From: Zootoca vivipara
Lineage: Eukaryota
DNA: 64,000 nt
NCBI RefSeq assembly: GCF_963506605.1
Contig: NC_083277.1
Location: 87,606,001 to 87,670,000, forward strand
Direction of reading: 5' to 3'
This document shows, in pieces, positions 42,135 through 53,570 of the stretch (its first letter is position 1; every line of letters starts with the position of its first letter). The position numbers were made by a program, and so were the translations under genes. A model generated the notes under the pieces. The model saw only the letters and a program-made list of their open reading frames with translations, was not told where the DNA came from and made no database searches.

Positions 42135-42270
42135 CAGGCATCCCCAGACTTCGGCCCTCCAGATGTTTTGGACTACAATTCCCATCTTCCCCGACCACTG
42201 GTCCTGTTAGCTAGGGATCATGGGAGTTGTAGGCCAAAACATCTGGAGGGTCACAGTTTGGGGATGCCTG
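42135..42270. mobile_element. hAT hairpin MITE, family A
   Basis: Near-identical to the 38310 copy; TSD gactaggg/ctctaggg. Confidence 0.9.
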
Positions 42271-42900
42271 CTCTAGGGTATCATATGTTGAAATCTGTTC
42301 ACGCAAGGATTCCACTAAACTCTTTATAATTTGATATAATTTGATTAAAAGTAGAAACGGCACTTGTAACAATAGAACACAAAGCATCACAAGCAAAATA
42401 TTAAGATCAAGTTTGATATGAGTGTTTCCTTTTTTAAAAAAATTAAAGAATGAATTAGCCCAATGAAACAAAAAGCTGGTGCACTTTAGTTGCCGAGTTC
42501 CTAGCTTTACTGGATGGGGAAATTCTTGCTTATAAATTCTCTTGAAACTTTGAATCTGGAAACTTTCCAAGCAGTGTAGGGGAACTTGTTGAGACGTGAA
42601 AGGTACCAGCATGCTTTTCAGAAGGTTGCAAGTGGCACGTCCCCTTTGCTCCTAGTGCCAAGCTCTTTGAATCATGCACCTTATTACTGTATTTTAGATA
42701 AATGAGTGAGTTTTACAACTTTAGAATGGGGCTAGTGAATTGGCATCCTCATGAATGTTCTTTATTAGAATACAGCTAGATTTGGTGGCACCTTGACCCA
42801 CATTCATAAAGTGTGGGGTGGGGTGTTTTTGTTTGGGCAATTTAAAGTCCAACACGGGCAAGAGAAGAGTGCTGCCCCCTGTCTGTAGTCACCCCCCAAC

Positions 42901-42990
42901 CATAGCTGCCAAGTTTTCGCTTTTCTCGCAAGAAAGCCTATTCAGCATAAGGGAAAATCCCTGTAAAAAAGGGATAACTTGGCAGCTATG
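42901..42990. mobile_element. 90-bp hAT MITE, family B
   Basis: 14-bp TIR catagctgccaagt; perfect 8-bp TSD cccccaac. Confidence 0.9.
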
Positions 42991-43853
42991 CCCCCAACCC
43001 CTTCTATTTGAAAGCAGTTTTTCTCTTAATAAGTGACACCCAATACCAAAGGAAAAAAAACTGCTTGTAAACAGTGTTCGGTGAGAAGGACAGCTCATCT
43101 ACTCACGTAGTTCTTTTAATACCTCTGCCACTTTACGGGGATTCAACTACAAACCTGATTTTGCACACAGAAAACTGCAGTGCTGGCCTGTCTAGTTTGG
43201 CTCTTAAAAGGTGAATCATAGATCACTTATAGCCACTTATAGCCACTTCCATTCCATCTTTATGGAATGGAGAGATACGGCTGCAAATGTTTGAGTGCAT
43301 AGAAATGTTGTGGGAAAGGAACATTTTCCTTTTTTATGTTTAATTTCTTATTTAGAGTTAGAAAAATATTTAGAAGAGGCAAGAGCAAGTGAAATACTAA
43401 TGAGAAAAATATATATTCTAAATATATTGCCTTTATGTGTATTTAGTGCTCCATTAATTTTTCTCTGTGTGTGTCTTGTCTTGTTACTTTGTTTAAATTG
43501 TTACTGTGAAAGTTGCTCCTGCGAAAAATGCTTTCGTCCCTTGGTTAACAAGGTCAGAAATATTGCAACAGCTTGAAAATGGGAACACCTCTAATAAACC
43601 TCACTTCATCTTCCCTGCTTACTCCTGCTCACAGAGCTGTACAGCTCCTGTGTCCATCACTAGGCAGTGTTTGCAGAACTCGGCAATGGGTGATATAAGT
43701 GGGGAGATCTCCAGAATTATTCAAGAAAAGCTGATGCGAATGAAAGTGATGGTGGAGTGCTCATTTTCCAACTTAAGTGCACAATCCAGGGATTCTGTAT
43801 GCAGGCCAGTACAATGTGTCATTCTCAACAGGATTAGCATGAAGCCAGTAGAC

Positions 43854-44105
43854 CATGGGTAGGCAAACTAAGGCCCAGGGGCCGGATCTGACCCAATCGC
43901 CTTCTAAATCCAGCCCGCAGACGGTCCGGGAATCAGTGTGTTTTTACATGAGTAGAATGTGTGCTTTTATTTAAAATGCACCTCTGGGTTATTTGTGGGG
44001 CATAGGAATTTGTTTACCCCCCTCCAAAAAATATATAGTCTGCCCTCCCCACAAGGTCTGAGGGACAGTGACCGGCCCCCTGCTGAAATAGTTTGCTGAC
44101 CCCTG
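43854..44105. mobile_element. hAT-Charlie non-autonomous element, OC1/OposCharlie-like
   Basis: Ends ca.ggg..ggcaaact...ggccc and gagggacagtga.cggccccctg...agtttgctgacccctg; TSD cagtagac/cagtggac. Confidence 0.75.
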
Positions 44106-45350
44106 CAGTGGACCAAGTGAAGAGGCACCATTGAGAAATGACAGAAGAACCTTTGTTGCATGGTCATTTCTGCATAGCAGTAGGGCTGATACACCCTGAA
44201 CCGTGCCACTGAATAAAGACACCCACACACTGCTTTCAAAGCCTCGAGTCAGTTTATCTACTGAGTCGAGGATGCTCTGAAACATAGTCAGTTGGTGTTT
44301 TCCCTCTGAAACCCTAGGAAATCAACTTTCTGTGGCTGACCAAGTCACAGTTTGCTAAAAATATAACTTAAGCTTCCTTGAGGCAAGGCAGAAAATGAAG
44401 AATAAACTCATTATCCTACTGAAGAAGCCAGATCTACTCCTACGGATTAATTCACAAAGTGTTTCATAATGCAGTTTTACCAGTTCGTCTTGCTGACTGC
44501 AGAACTTGGCATAGTTTACGTGTGTACGAGTGTCTTATCCACTTCTCATGATCACTGCACAGAATTTTAGAGTTCCCATTGCTCTAGGGTTTGGCAGTAG
44601 CTGCAGATGAGTAAATGCGTAGAAGTTTGAGATGCTAGGGGAAGTGTTATTCCCAGCTATTTAAAGAAGAAAAGACTGCTTTAATGTTCTTTGTTTTGTT
44701 TTAGTTTTATTTTATTATTTTTATTAAAAAAAGCTGTGAAGAAGAGTGAATCTATTCCAAGTGTGTTCTCTCCCCCTGTTTCCTTTTTCTGTGTGTGAAT
44801 GATGAGAGGTGAGTATGAGATTGAAAATCTCAAGCCGCCTTGATTTTATCTCTGTGCGCAAAACTGAACGTTTCTGATCTTTCAGGGCTGGATCTAGTAG
44901 ATTGCCGGAATATAACTTCAGAAATCAGGAAAATAAGAATTTGTTTATTTGTTTAGTGCATATTTAATGCAGGCCTGGCCAGGATGCAGGCCTGGCCAGG
45001 ATGCGGGGGCACAGCTGAGTCTCTCAGCCTGTGTGCGTGTGCGTGCGCATGGCAATGTGTGGCAAACTGGGTCTTTGGCTGGATCTAGACCCATCAAAGA
45101 AGTGTGTCAAACTTTGTGTGAGAAATCGAGTAAGCAAAAACAGAACTCCACAGCGCCATTGGGTGTCACAGTGTTAGAATGCATAAACAACTCATATAAA
45201 GTGTTCTTTCTTTGGCAATGTAGCTGAGTCTTGGGACCCACCAAGGTGACACTGTCTCTTCCAAGGCTGTATCGCCACACTGTGGCTCCAGTCCAAATAA
45301 TGTGTCAGGAGAGCTATGGCCTGGCCAGGACGCAGGACTCTGCATGGTTT

Positions 45351-45706
45351 AAAGGTAAAGGGTAAAGGGACCCCTGACCATTAGGTCCAGTCGTGACCGA
45401 CTCTGGGGTTGCGGCGCTCATCTCACGTTATTGGCCGAGGGAGACAGTACAGCTTCCAGGTCATGTGGCCAGCATGACTAAGCCGCTTCTGGCGAACCAG
45501 AGCAGGACACGGAAATGCCATTTACCTTTCTGCTGTAGCTGTACCTATTTATCTGCTTGCACTTTGACATGCTTTCGAACTGCTAGGTTGGCAGGAGCTG
45601 GGACCGAGCAACGGGAGCTCACCCCGTCACGGGGATTCGAACTGCTGACCTTCTGATCGGCAAGCCCTAGGCTCTGTGCTTTAACCCACAGCGCCACCCG
45701 CGTCCC
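45351..45706 (-). mobile_element. Sauria SINE, full length
   Basis: Minus-strand head GGGACGCGGGTGGCGCTGTGG (A box) and GTTCGAATCC (B box), ACCTTT tail, TSD tgcatggttt. Confidence 0.95.
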
Positions 45707-46299
45707 TGCATGGTTTCCAAACCCATTCAAAGTACAACAGCAGCAGGGCCTTCGAACTTTGTTATATCCACATCACCTCGTTCTACCACCTGTGCACTGG
45801 GAGAGGGAAGCCAGAAGTGAGACTTTGCATGCAATTTAGAATCCTTTGTGCTTAGGGCTCTGATCTCCCAAATTCCAAATAAGAGAGATCCTGGGGTTTT
45901 TTTGAGTAGTGAAATAAATATCATTATCATGTAAGGAATGTCAGAATATTTGGAATACTCTTAGTGTTCTGAGGGGGGGGCAATAATAGAGAATGGGGGC
46001 TGATAGTGTTGCCCCTAGGAATGTTCCACTCTCAGCAATACTCTAGTTTCGTTGTAGAGGATAATGTTGGGGTATGCAGATCTTGAAATAGGACTTTCTG
46101 AGTCAGGGGCCTGACCCAGGACTGTATGAAAATTGATCTCGTTAGCCAGAGAAAGGAAAAGGCCTGTGGACCATTAACTATTGTGATTGGCAGTCAGAGT
46201 GAGGCCTCCAGATTGACTAACGGTAGATGTTATACTAGGAGTTTGGCCTTCCATTGCTCAACAGAGCAGGCCCTCTTATATGTCTGCACTTAGAGCTCT

Positions 46300-46590
46300 G
46301 GTAAAAGGTAAAGGACCCCTGGACAGTTAAGTCCAGTCAAAGGCAACTATGGGGTACGGTGCTAATCTCTCTTTTCAGGCTGATGGAGTTTTTCCACAGA
46401 CAGCTTTCCGGGTCGTGGCCAACATGACTAAACTGCTACTGGCGCACGGAGGACTATAACAAGTGCCAGAGCTCATGGAAATGCCGTTTATCTTCCCATT
46501 GCAGTGGTACCTATTTATCTTCTTTCACTGGTATGCTTTCAAACTTCTAGGCTGACAGAAGCTGGGACAGAGCAACAGTAGCTCACCACT
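46300..46590 (-). mobile_element. Sauria SINE, older subfamily, 5'-truncated
   Basis: Same tail and gtacctatttatct core; flanks acttagagctc/acttggagctc resemble a TSD. Confidence 0.8.
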
Positions 46591-46631
46591 TTACTTGGAG
46601 CTCCTGCTCAAGTTCAAGACATAGCTTAGAC

Positions 46632-46710
46632 CAGACATCCCCAGACTTAGCTAGGAATCATGGGAGTTGTAGGCCAAAACATCTGGAGGGCCGCAGTTTG
46701 GGGATGCCTG
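46632..46710. mobile_element. hAT hairpin MITE, family A, internally deleted
   Basis: Both termini retained; perfect TSD gcttagac. Confidence 0.85.
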
Positions 46711-47439
46711 GCTTAGACTCTCAGCTCCCAAGGGATCCTGGAGCTGCAGGCGTGGCTCTTGTCGTGACAGAATGCCAGCCAGCCTGCACTCTTGCCCTTC
46801 AGAAATTTGCTCAATTTTTACAGGATTTCCAGTGTGCTCACATTGATTGCACATTGACTGCACAATGTGCACATTGATTGCACATTGAAAGCGGAAGTGT
46901 CCACAGCTCTGAAATTTGACATCTGCACTGGTTATAGTGCTTGAAGGGTGCTAATTACTCTATGAAAAAAACCCAAATTCTTAAGCTCCCCTCAAAATAA
47001 AGTTAACCCAATTTCCCAAATTGAGAACCAAACAGCCTGTTTAAAAATAGCCCACAGCACAGCCCACATGAGACCGCATTACATTCAGACTGCAAGGAGT
47101 GCAAGAATCACATTTTAAATTCTCACCCCCCCCCCAACACACATAACACTCCCTGGACAAGAAAAGTTAGCATATGAAAGAAAAGGGATCTGACCTAGAT
47201 TTTCTCTCTCGAACATGCCAATTTCTCTGAACAGGGCATTCAAACACGTGTTTCCTCACTAGGGATAGAGGAAGAATCCATTTTAAGTGGATTTATACAC
47301 AGAATCTGACAGCTGTAACATGATTAAGCTTTGCTGTCACTGGATTGACTCTTATGTTGAGCATTGTCTTACATCCAAGCTGCTCATACATTGCTGGGTA
47401 TTTGAAAACTGACTAATACTTTATATCAAAAATTGTATG

Positions 47440-47572
47440 CAGGGCCGGCTCTAAGGCAAGGCTGGGTGGCGCCAGGCGCTGGGCCGCCAGACAGCCGCGC
47501 TGGGAAATGGGGCGGGGGGGGCGCCAGAGGGATCTTCGCACCAGAGCGCCAGATATGCTTAAGACGGCCCTG
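47440..47572. mobile_element. GC-rich hAT MITE
   Basis: TIR cagggccg; perfect 8-bp TSD attgtatg. Confidence 0.9.
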
Positions 47573-47659
47573 ATTGTATGCAAAAATACATCTAACATAC
47601 ATAAGTCTAAAAGTCAAGCCCTATGCTCACTTATACTTCTACAGTGTGCGTACATTGTT

Positions 47660-47705
47660 CTACCTACCTACCTACCTACCTACCTACCTACCTACCTACC
47701 TATCA

Positions 47706-47752
<47 letters not shown>

Positions 47753-47753
47753 C
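47660..47753 (+). repeat. Compound (TACC)n(TGTC)n microsatellite
   Basis: Direct reading of the sequence. Confidence 0.95.
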
Positions 47754-50700
47754 TACCCACCCCACCCCACACACCCCAGAATATATGTGTATGTAATTAA
47801 TAATTCATGTAGTATGTTGGAATTGTTCATATTTTTAGTGGACCAATGAGGGTGCAGGGACTTATTTCTCATTTAGATTAAGGAGTGAGACAGGAAACGG
47901 ATAAACTCAGCATTGAGATTTACAAAAAACTCCCTATACTTCACTCTGATATGGGGTACTGTCCAGGATCCATCTATGCTATGAAATACAGTCTGTATTA
48001 CATAGGGTGTTTTGTTCAAAGTGGAGTTTGGCTCTGTGAATGTTTTCAGAAATGTTCTCTGTTCCAGTGATCAAGTCATTGTTCACAACACTTGGACCAT
48101 TTGGATGTCATTTTAGTCTTGGTTAATTTTTTTTATAGATTTCATTTATTTCAGTTGAGTCTGGGTACTGCATCAGTGTGCATAGGATTGTGGCAAATGG
48201 TTTTACGTATGTACAGTATTTGTAATTAGCTTCCTTGTTAATGTGGGGTGCTTGTTTTAATGTACAAATTTGACTATGCTTTTTTTTAAAAAAAAAACTT
48301 ACTGAATATCTTCATGTAAAGAAACATTATTTTTTCCTAGTCATAGTATGGGCTGAACATAATAAATGTGATTTATGCAAACTCTTGCCAAGAATGGTTC
48401 CATTGATCTACCCTGACATGCATGATTCACAATATGCCTGACTGATAAAACTGCTCCCTCTTCTGTTCAGTCACAGTTATTTCTGTGACTCTAATTATTA
48501 TTCAGAGTGAAATATTTAAATGTTTATGCTACAGAAACAGTTATAGAACTGTATTTCAACAGATTTTGAATGGGACCCCAGATGAGTTGTCTGTGATTTG
48601 ATCAGAATGTGGTACTAGAATTTTGTGAGTTCCATTTTAAAAATAAAACATAAAAATATGACCTGCAGCTTCTTCTTACACTCTATTATTTTATGCCCAC
48701 ATTTCTTTTGAGTCCCTTACACTGTCAGTCTGTTTCCAGAAGCCCTGTCTATGTCTGAACTCACTTTTCATCCACTTTTGTCTTGTTGATTCTTTGCATT
48801 CAAGTCTGTGACAGTTGGGCAGATGTTGAAGATCACCATTCAGCCCAGTGTTGACAGGATTATTTCAGGCCACTGTAAAAGAGCATATTGCATTATAGGT
48901 CAGATGTATGCATTTATGTTCAACATGGTGAGTATTCTGCTACCCTCTGGAGAACATTGTGACCCTTGGAGAGGAAGTAGGGATCATTACTACAGGGTAC
49001 CTCAGATACATCAGAACAACTTGAGGGACAATCCCTGCCCCATTACTATTCCCTCTCTCCATAGTTGGAAGGATAGCTGGGATTTGTTGAGTGCTTCCAT
49101 TCCAGCTTCAACATGAAAAATGCCATTCACCCTCTCTAGCACTGAGCTTGCTTTTATGCTGTTTCCAAGTAGTACGATTCCAAGAATGTTCCAATAAGCT
49201 TCTTGGGAGATGACAGCTTGGAGCTCAGGAGAAGAACCTGACTTGGTGCTGTGCTTCATAAGTGTAGTACATGATGAGAGCCAGACTCTACCGTATGGGA
49301 GAGAGTGTGTGTCTTAGCAGTGAAAAATCCCTGGGAGGTCATCCACTCCTTACCTTCAGGTGGCTGCCGGTTGGGGAAGTGTGCAATCACATTAAGTTAT
49401 TGTATGTACTTTATGGTGGGTGTCTTGGCATTTGGGTACCATGGCTCTCTTTTGCTATCTGGAATAATTGGAAAATCAACCTCAGAGCTGGTGCCTCTTG
49501 GGTGATTCATTCATTGATCTCAATTGCTCTGCTAATTAGGTTGTATTTCTTGATTGAAATTCATATCTGAAGATTCACTTTCCTCTTCCCTTCATATTAT
49601 CTCATGTACTGCAAAGAATCTCTGTTGAAGTTTCCATGGATCATTGTTTGTGAAGAAAGAAAAATACATATCCTTGATCTGTCTAATCATAGATTACTGT
49701 TCATTTTTCACAGCTAATCTGCTTTCATATTTAAGGTTGCTGAAGCAGTATTTGCTCTAGTAGGCTTAGGGATTGTTATCCTTTCCCTTATGTTTTAGTG
49801 AATGCAGTCTAGTAAGGTATCACGTCACCTGTAGTTATGTTGTTATTTTAATTTAGTAGTCATCTCCCTGGTGATTAACTACAAACGGATGAGCATCCCT
49901 TTCTGTGCCTAAGTTGTCTTTCTTTGTGAGATGATTATATCATCTCGAGACACACCTGTGTGGCCTCAAATATATATGTATTGCTAATTGTCCTGAGGCA
50001 GTTGAATATCACAAGGCCTTCTTTTTCACAGTGGGTCTTTCAGGATTAATACAATTGCTGCCTTTTTCATTCTGGGATCTGAACATTCTATGTTGGGATT
50101 TGTATTGATTCCGCTAAGAATGATTAGTGAGCACAGACTGTATTAAACCATAAAACCAGAGAGCTGCTGCTGCTCAATCTTAAGAAAGAAACACACTGAC
50201 AGTATGAGATTGTTAGGGCTAAATGGTTTAACAGATTATGACCCTAAATTGTTAAAATTGCCTCACAATTAGACTATTTTCTTCTCGGGAGGCTTTGTCC
50301 TGCCAGTTTGCAGAATGTCAGCTGCAAGGAACAGAGTATGTTGAAGACCTTCATGGCAGCCAGAAGGGTTTCCATGAATAGCATTTCAGCAAAAATCAGG
50401 AAGTGCAGAGCAGTCGTGCATTTTTCTACAAATCCACAAGGCCATTGATTTATATATGCTGTGCACTGTGCAGTACCTAGCATCTAGCACAGAGGACTTT
50501 GGGATAAGCCCAGCTTCCATTATTATTACTATTTTAAAATAAATCTTGGCTGTATGGGAGGAACTCAGCACTGCACTACGTCCGTTGTTCCATCAGTGCA
50601 AGAATTTCAGCCAGAGGTGCCGAGTTGCACCCAACATGGGGGTGGGGCCTATCGTGTGTGTGACGTCACACAATGTGCATAGGGAGGAGGTCGCCACAAA

Positions 50701-52674
50701 TATATAGATACTTGTCTCATTTATGGTTGCTACTTTTTATTGCTGTTTTGTTTTTCTGGCTTTTCATGGTTAGTGTGGAAAGGGCTTAACCATACATCCC
50801 AGTACAGTCAACATGCTTCGCAAACCTTCGCTTAGCTCAACTCAGGAGGGGGGGGAGCAAAACAACTGTGAGCTCCTTTCCTGGAGCCCACACACTCACA
50901 CAGTCTGGTCCTGGTAAGCCATTGTTTGCCCTACTATGTTGTGTGAGCCAGGCCAATGTGTCTTGTACTAGGTTTCAACCCTGGTTTCAACATAAACAGT
51001 AAGCTGGGATTCTGTAGAAGTGCAGCTGAACTCTGTCACAGTCCTTTCCCCACCCATGTGGGAAAAGGAGCATATGAACTGCACTTGGGCTCATTGAGGC
51101 TTGCCCATATAGTGCCAAACCATAGTTTAGCCTCAGAGGTTATGTGTTTCATATCACTTGAAAAATAAGGATGCTAGTGTAGATTTAGGAAGTTGGTGTT
51201 CATGTTAGCCTTTAGAAGTTTTAATACCAGCGATACCATCAATAAATTGTTTTGCCATGTAGGAAAAATCATTTTCAATGAATAGAAGGCAGTCCTTTTG
51301 TTTTTTATGTCTTTGTCTGCTTAACCAGCTCATAGAATATCTTTGTTCAATACTTAAGGCAGAGTGCATCATGGTTCTTTAACTTCTTGTCAACAAGATT
51401 AGTCTATAAACTTGCTAGACATTTGGTCTTTTATTAATGGAATGAACAGGTTTACCTTACATAATCCGGATATTCTGGTTTATTTCAACACAAGGTTTGA
51501 AACATATTTGTTTAAAGCAGAAAAGGGCGATTATAAACCTTCCTGGTTTTGTTGGTATTACTCAGTGAAGCTGTCAACATTAAAAAATATACAAATTGTG
51601 GGCTACATTCATTGTATTTCCAAGACACTAGTTTCATTCAGATATCTTTTTTCCAGGTACCAAAAGGCTATCTGTGTTCATATGTGTGTGCATGTTCAAA
51701 TGTTTTCTGTTTGGTTTGCATGCAAGTCAGTACTTTCCATTGGCTGTTAATTTTGGCATGTTCTTTGCAAATACCAGTAGTAAAACACCCAGGTGTGCTT
51801 GATTCCCAAGAACTTCATTTCCGACCGCAAATCTTCAAGCTTTATAGAGATCTTGCTACACATCACCGAGGAGCAAGTAGAAGATGTTTGCTTGAGCCTC
51901 AATCTTGTACTCAGGTAGCAAGCAGTCTTAGCAAACCCCATGGTCAGGTTGATATTTGAGGGCTTCTTTATAAATGCTGCACACAGAAACAAGAATATAC
52001 GTAGAGAATGCAAATCAATCTCTGAACAGAATACAGTATAGCATTTATAGTGTAAACTGTGTGTTGTGGAGTGTGTGTGTGTTTTCTACACATACAACTT
52101 AGGACACAGCAACTTAGGAGGGTAGACTAGATAAAATGCTAGGAGACTCTTGAGTTTTGTTCTGCTTTGCTTTGTTTTTAGCTGAAACAAGTCATGAGTG
52201 TAGAAAGCGTCAGGCCAGAGGAATGGATGTCCTGCACGTGGGGGGAGTGGATGTGGTAATTTCCTAATTTAAATTCCCTCCCTGCACCCCCTCCAAAGGT
52301 ACTACTTATGGTACCTACTAGGGGATACATATTTTTTTTTTAGGGGAAGGGGGGCAGGAAAAGAACAGAGAAAAGTTTACATTATTGTATTCCTCAGCCT
52401 GTTCCACTAATCTTACTCCTCCTCCACCATCTATTGCTGCTTTGAGCTAAGAAAAACGAAGCACGGGAGATAATGTATCCCAGCATCTCTTACAATTTGT
52501 CCTCGTACACTGCTCATAACAGGGAAAAGGTTTATGCCACACTTGCTACAGTTTGCATGCTATTAGATTAATGTGAATGAAGGTAATTGTCATGCACATG
52601 GTTTGTAAACATACTTGTTAAGAATGGGACTCTTAATAATAGTAATAGTGTGTGCTTTAATGCTTCTTTTTCAG

Positions 52675-52770
52675 GTTTTTACCTCCCATGGACCAACTGT
52701 AATTATGCCAACTTGGTTCTGTTCCCGAGAATGGTTTTGTCATGTGGGCAGATTTGATGAAGCGGGAAAG
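52675..52770 (+). CDS. B3GNTL1: Internal coding exon of B3GNTL1/QTGAL (queuosine-tRNA galactosyltransferase), 96 nt, phase 0-0
   Basis: Acceptor tgcttctttttcag| and donor AAG|gtaagc. Translates [32 protein letters not shown], close to the remembered human B3GNTL1 segment [32 protein letters not shown]. Confidence 0.95.
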
Positions 52771-53295
52771 GTAAGCACTGTGAAGATGAGCAAAAATCTT
52801 AAGTGTGGTTTAATGTTACCTGTGCTGAACTCTCGAATACAGCTGGAATCCCCCTTCAAATAGAGAGTTCAGTTGTACCTAATAAAGATGCCCTCTTGGC
52901 TCCCATACAATAATTGGAACACAAATGAAAAATGCATGAGCAGACAAAAACTAAGGGGCAGATCTGTTTTCATGAATTTATTTCCATAGTGTTAAAAATG
53001 ATAACATTGTCATTAGCAACATTGGCACTGGGACTGTGTCCTAAGGTGCCGGTACTAGTATGAAACCATTTATTGGCTGTGTTCACCTGTAATGCTGCAC
53101 CAAAGCAAGACTTAAGCAAAAGTGCTGGCTTTCATGGAGCCTCCTCCCCAGTTCCTTTAGCTCAGTGTGGTATGGGATTGTGTTTAAGCTTTCTGCTCCT
53201 TAACCTTGATGTGCAGCTGAGGTTGTTTCTTGGCTACAGAGGTGATCACGAAGAAGTACCAGATTGAAGTGCCAATGAGGAATATGGTTCTAGGA

Positions 53296-53430
53296 CAGGA
53301 TTTCCCAAACCTGGGTCTCCAGCTGTTTTTGGACTACAACTTCCACCACCCCTAGCTAGCAGGACCAGTGCTCAGAGATGACAAGAATTCTAGTCCAAAA
53401 ACAGCCGGAGACTCAAGTTTGGGAAACCCT
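53296..53430. mobile_element. hAT hairpin MITE, older family A variant
   Basis: caggatttcccaaac ... gtttgggaaaccct. Confidence 0.8.
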
Positions 53431-53434
53431 AAAG

Positions 53435-53570
53435 CAGGTATCCCCAAACTTGGCCCTCCAGACGTTGTGGGACTACAATTCCCATCATCCCTGACCACTG
53501 GTCCTGTTAGCAAGGGATGATGGGAGTTGTAGCCCCGAAACATCTGGAGGGCCACATTTGGAGATGCCTG
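53435..53570. mobile_element. hAT hairpin MITE, family A, inserted at the end of the previous copy
   Basis: Perfect TSD ccctaaag overlapping the neighbour's terminus. Confidence 0.9.

Noticed and set aside
44799-44877. Box C (ATGATGA) to box D (CTGA) spacing like a C/D snoRNA
   Set aside because: No convincing terminal stem and no guide complementarity that I can recognise.
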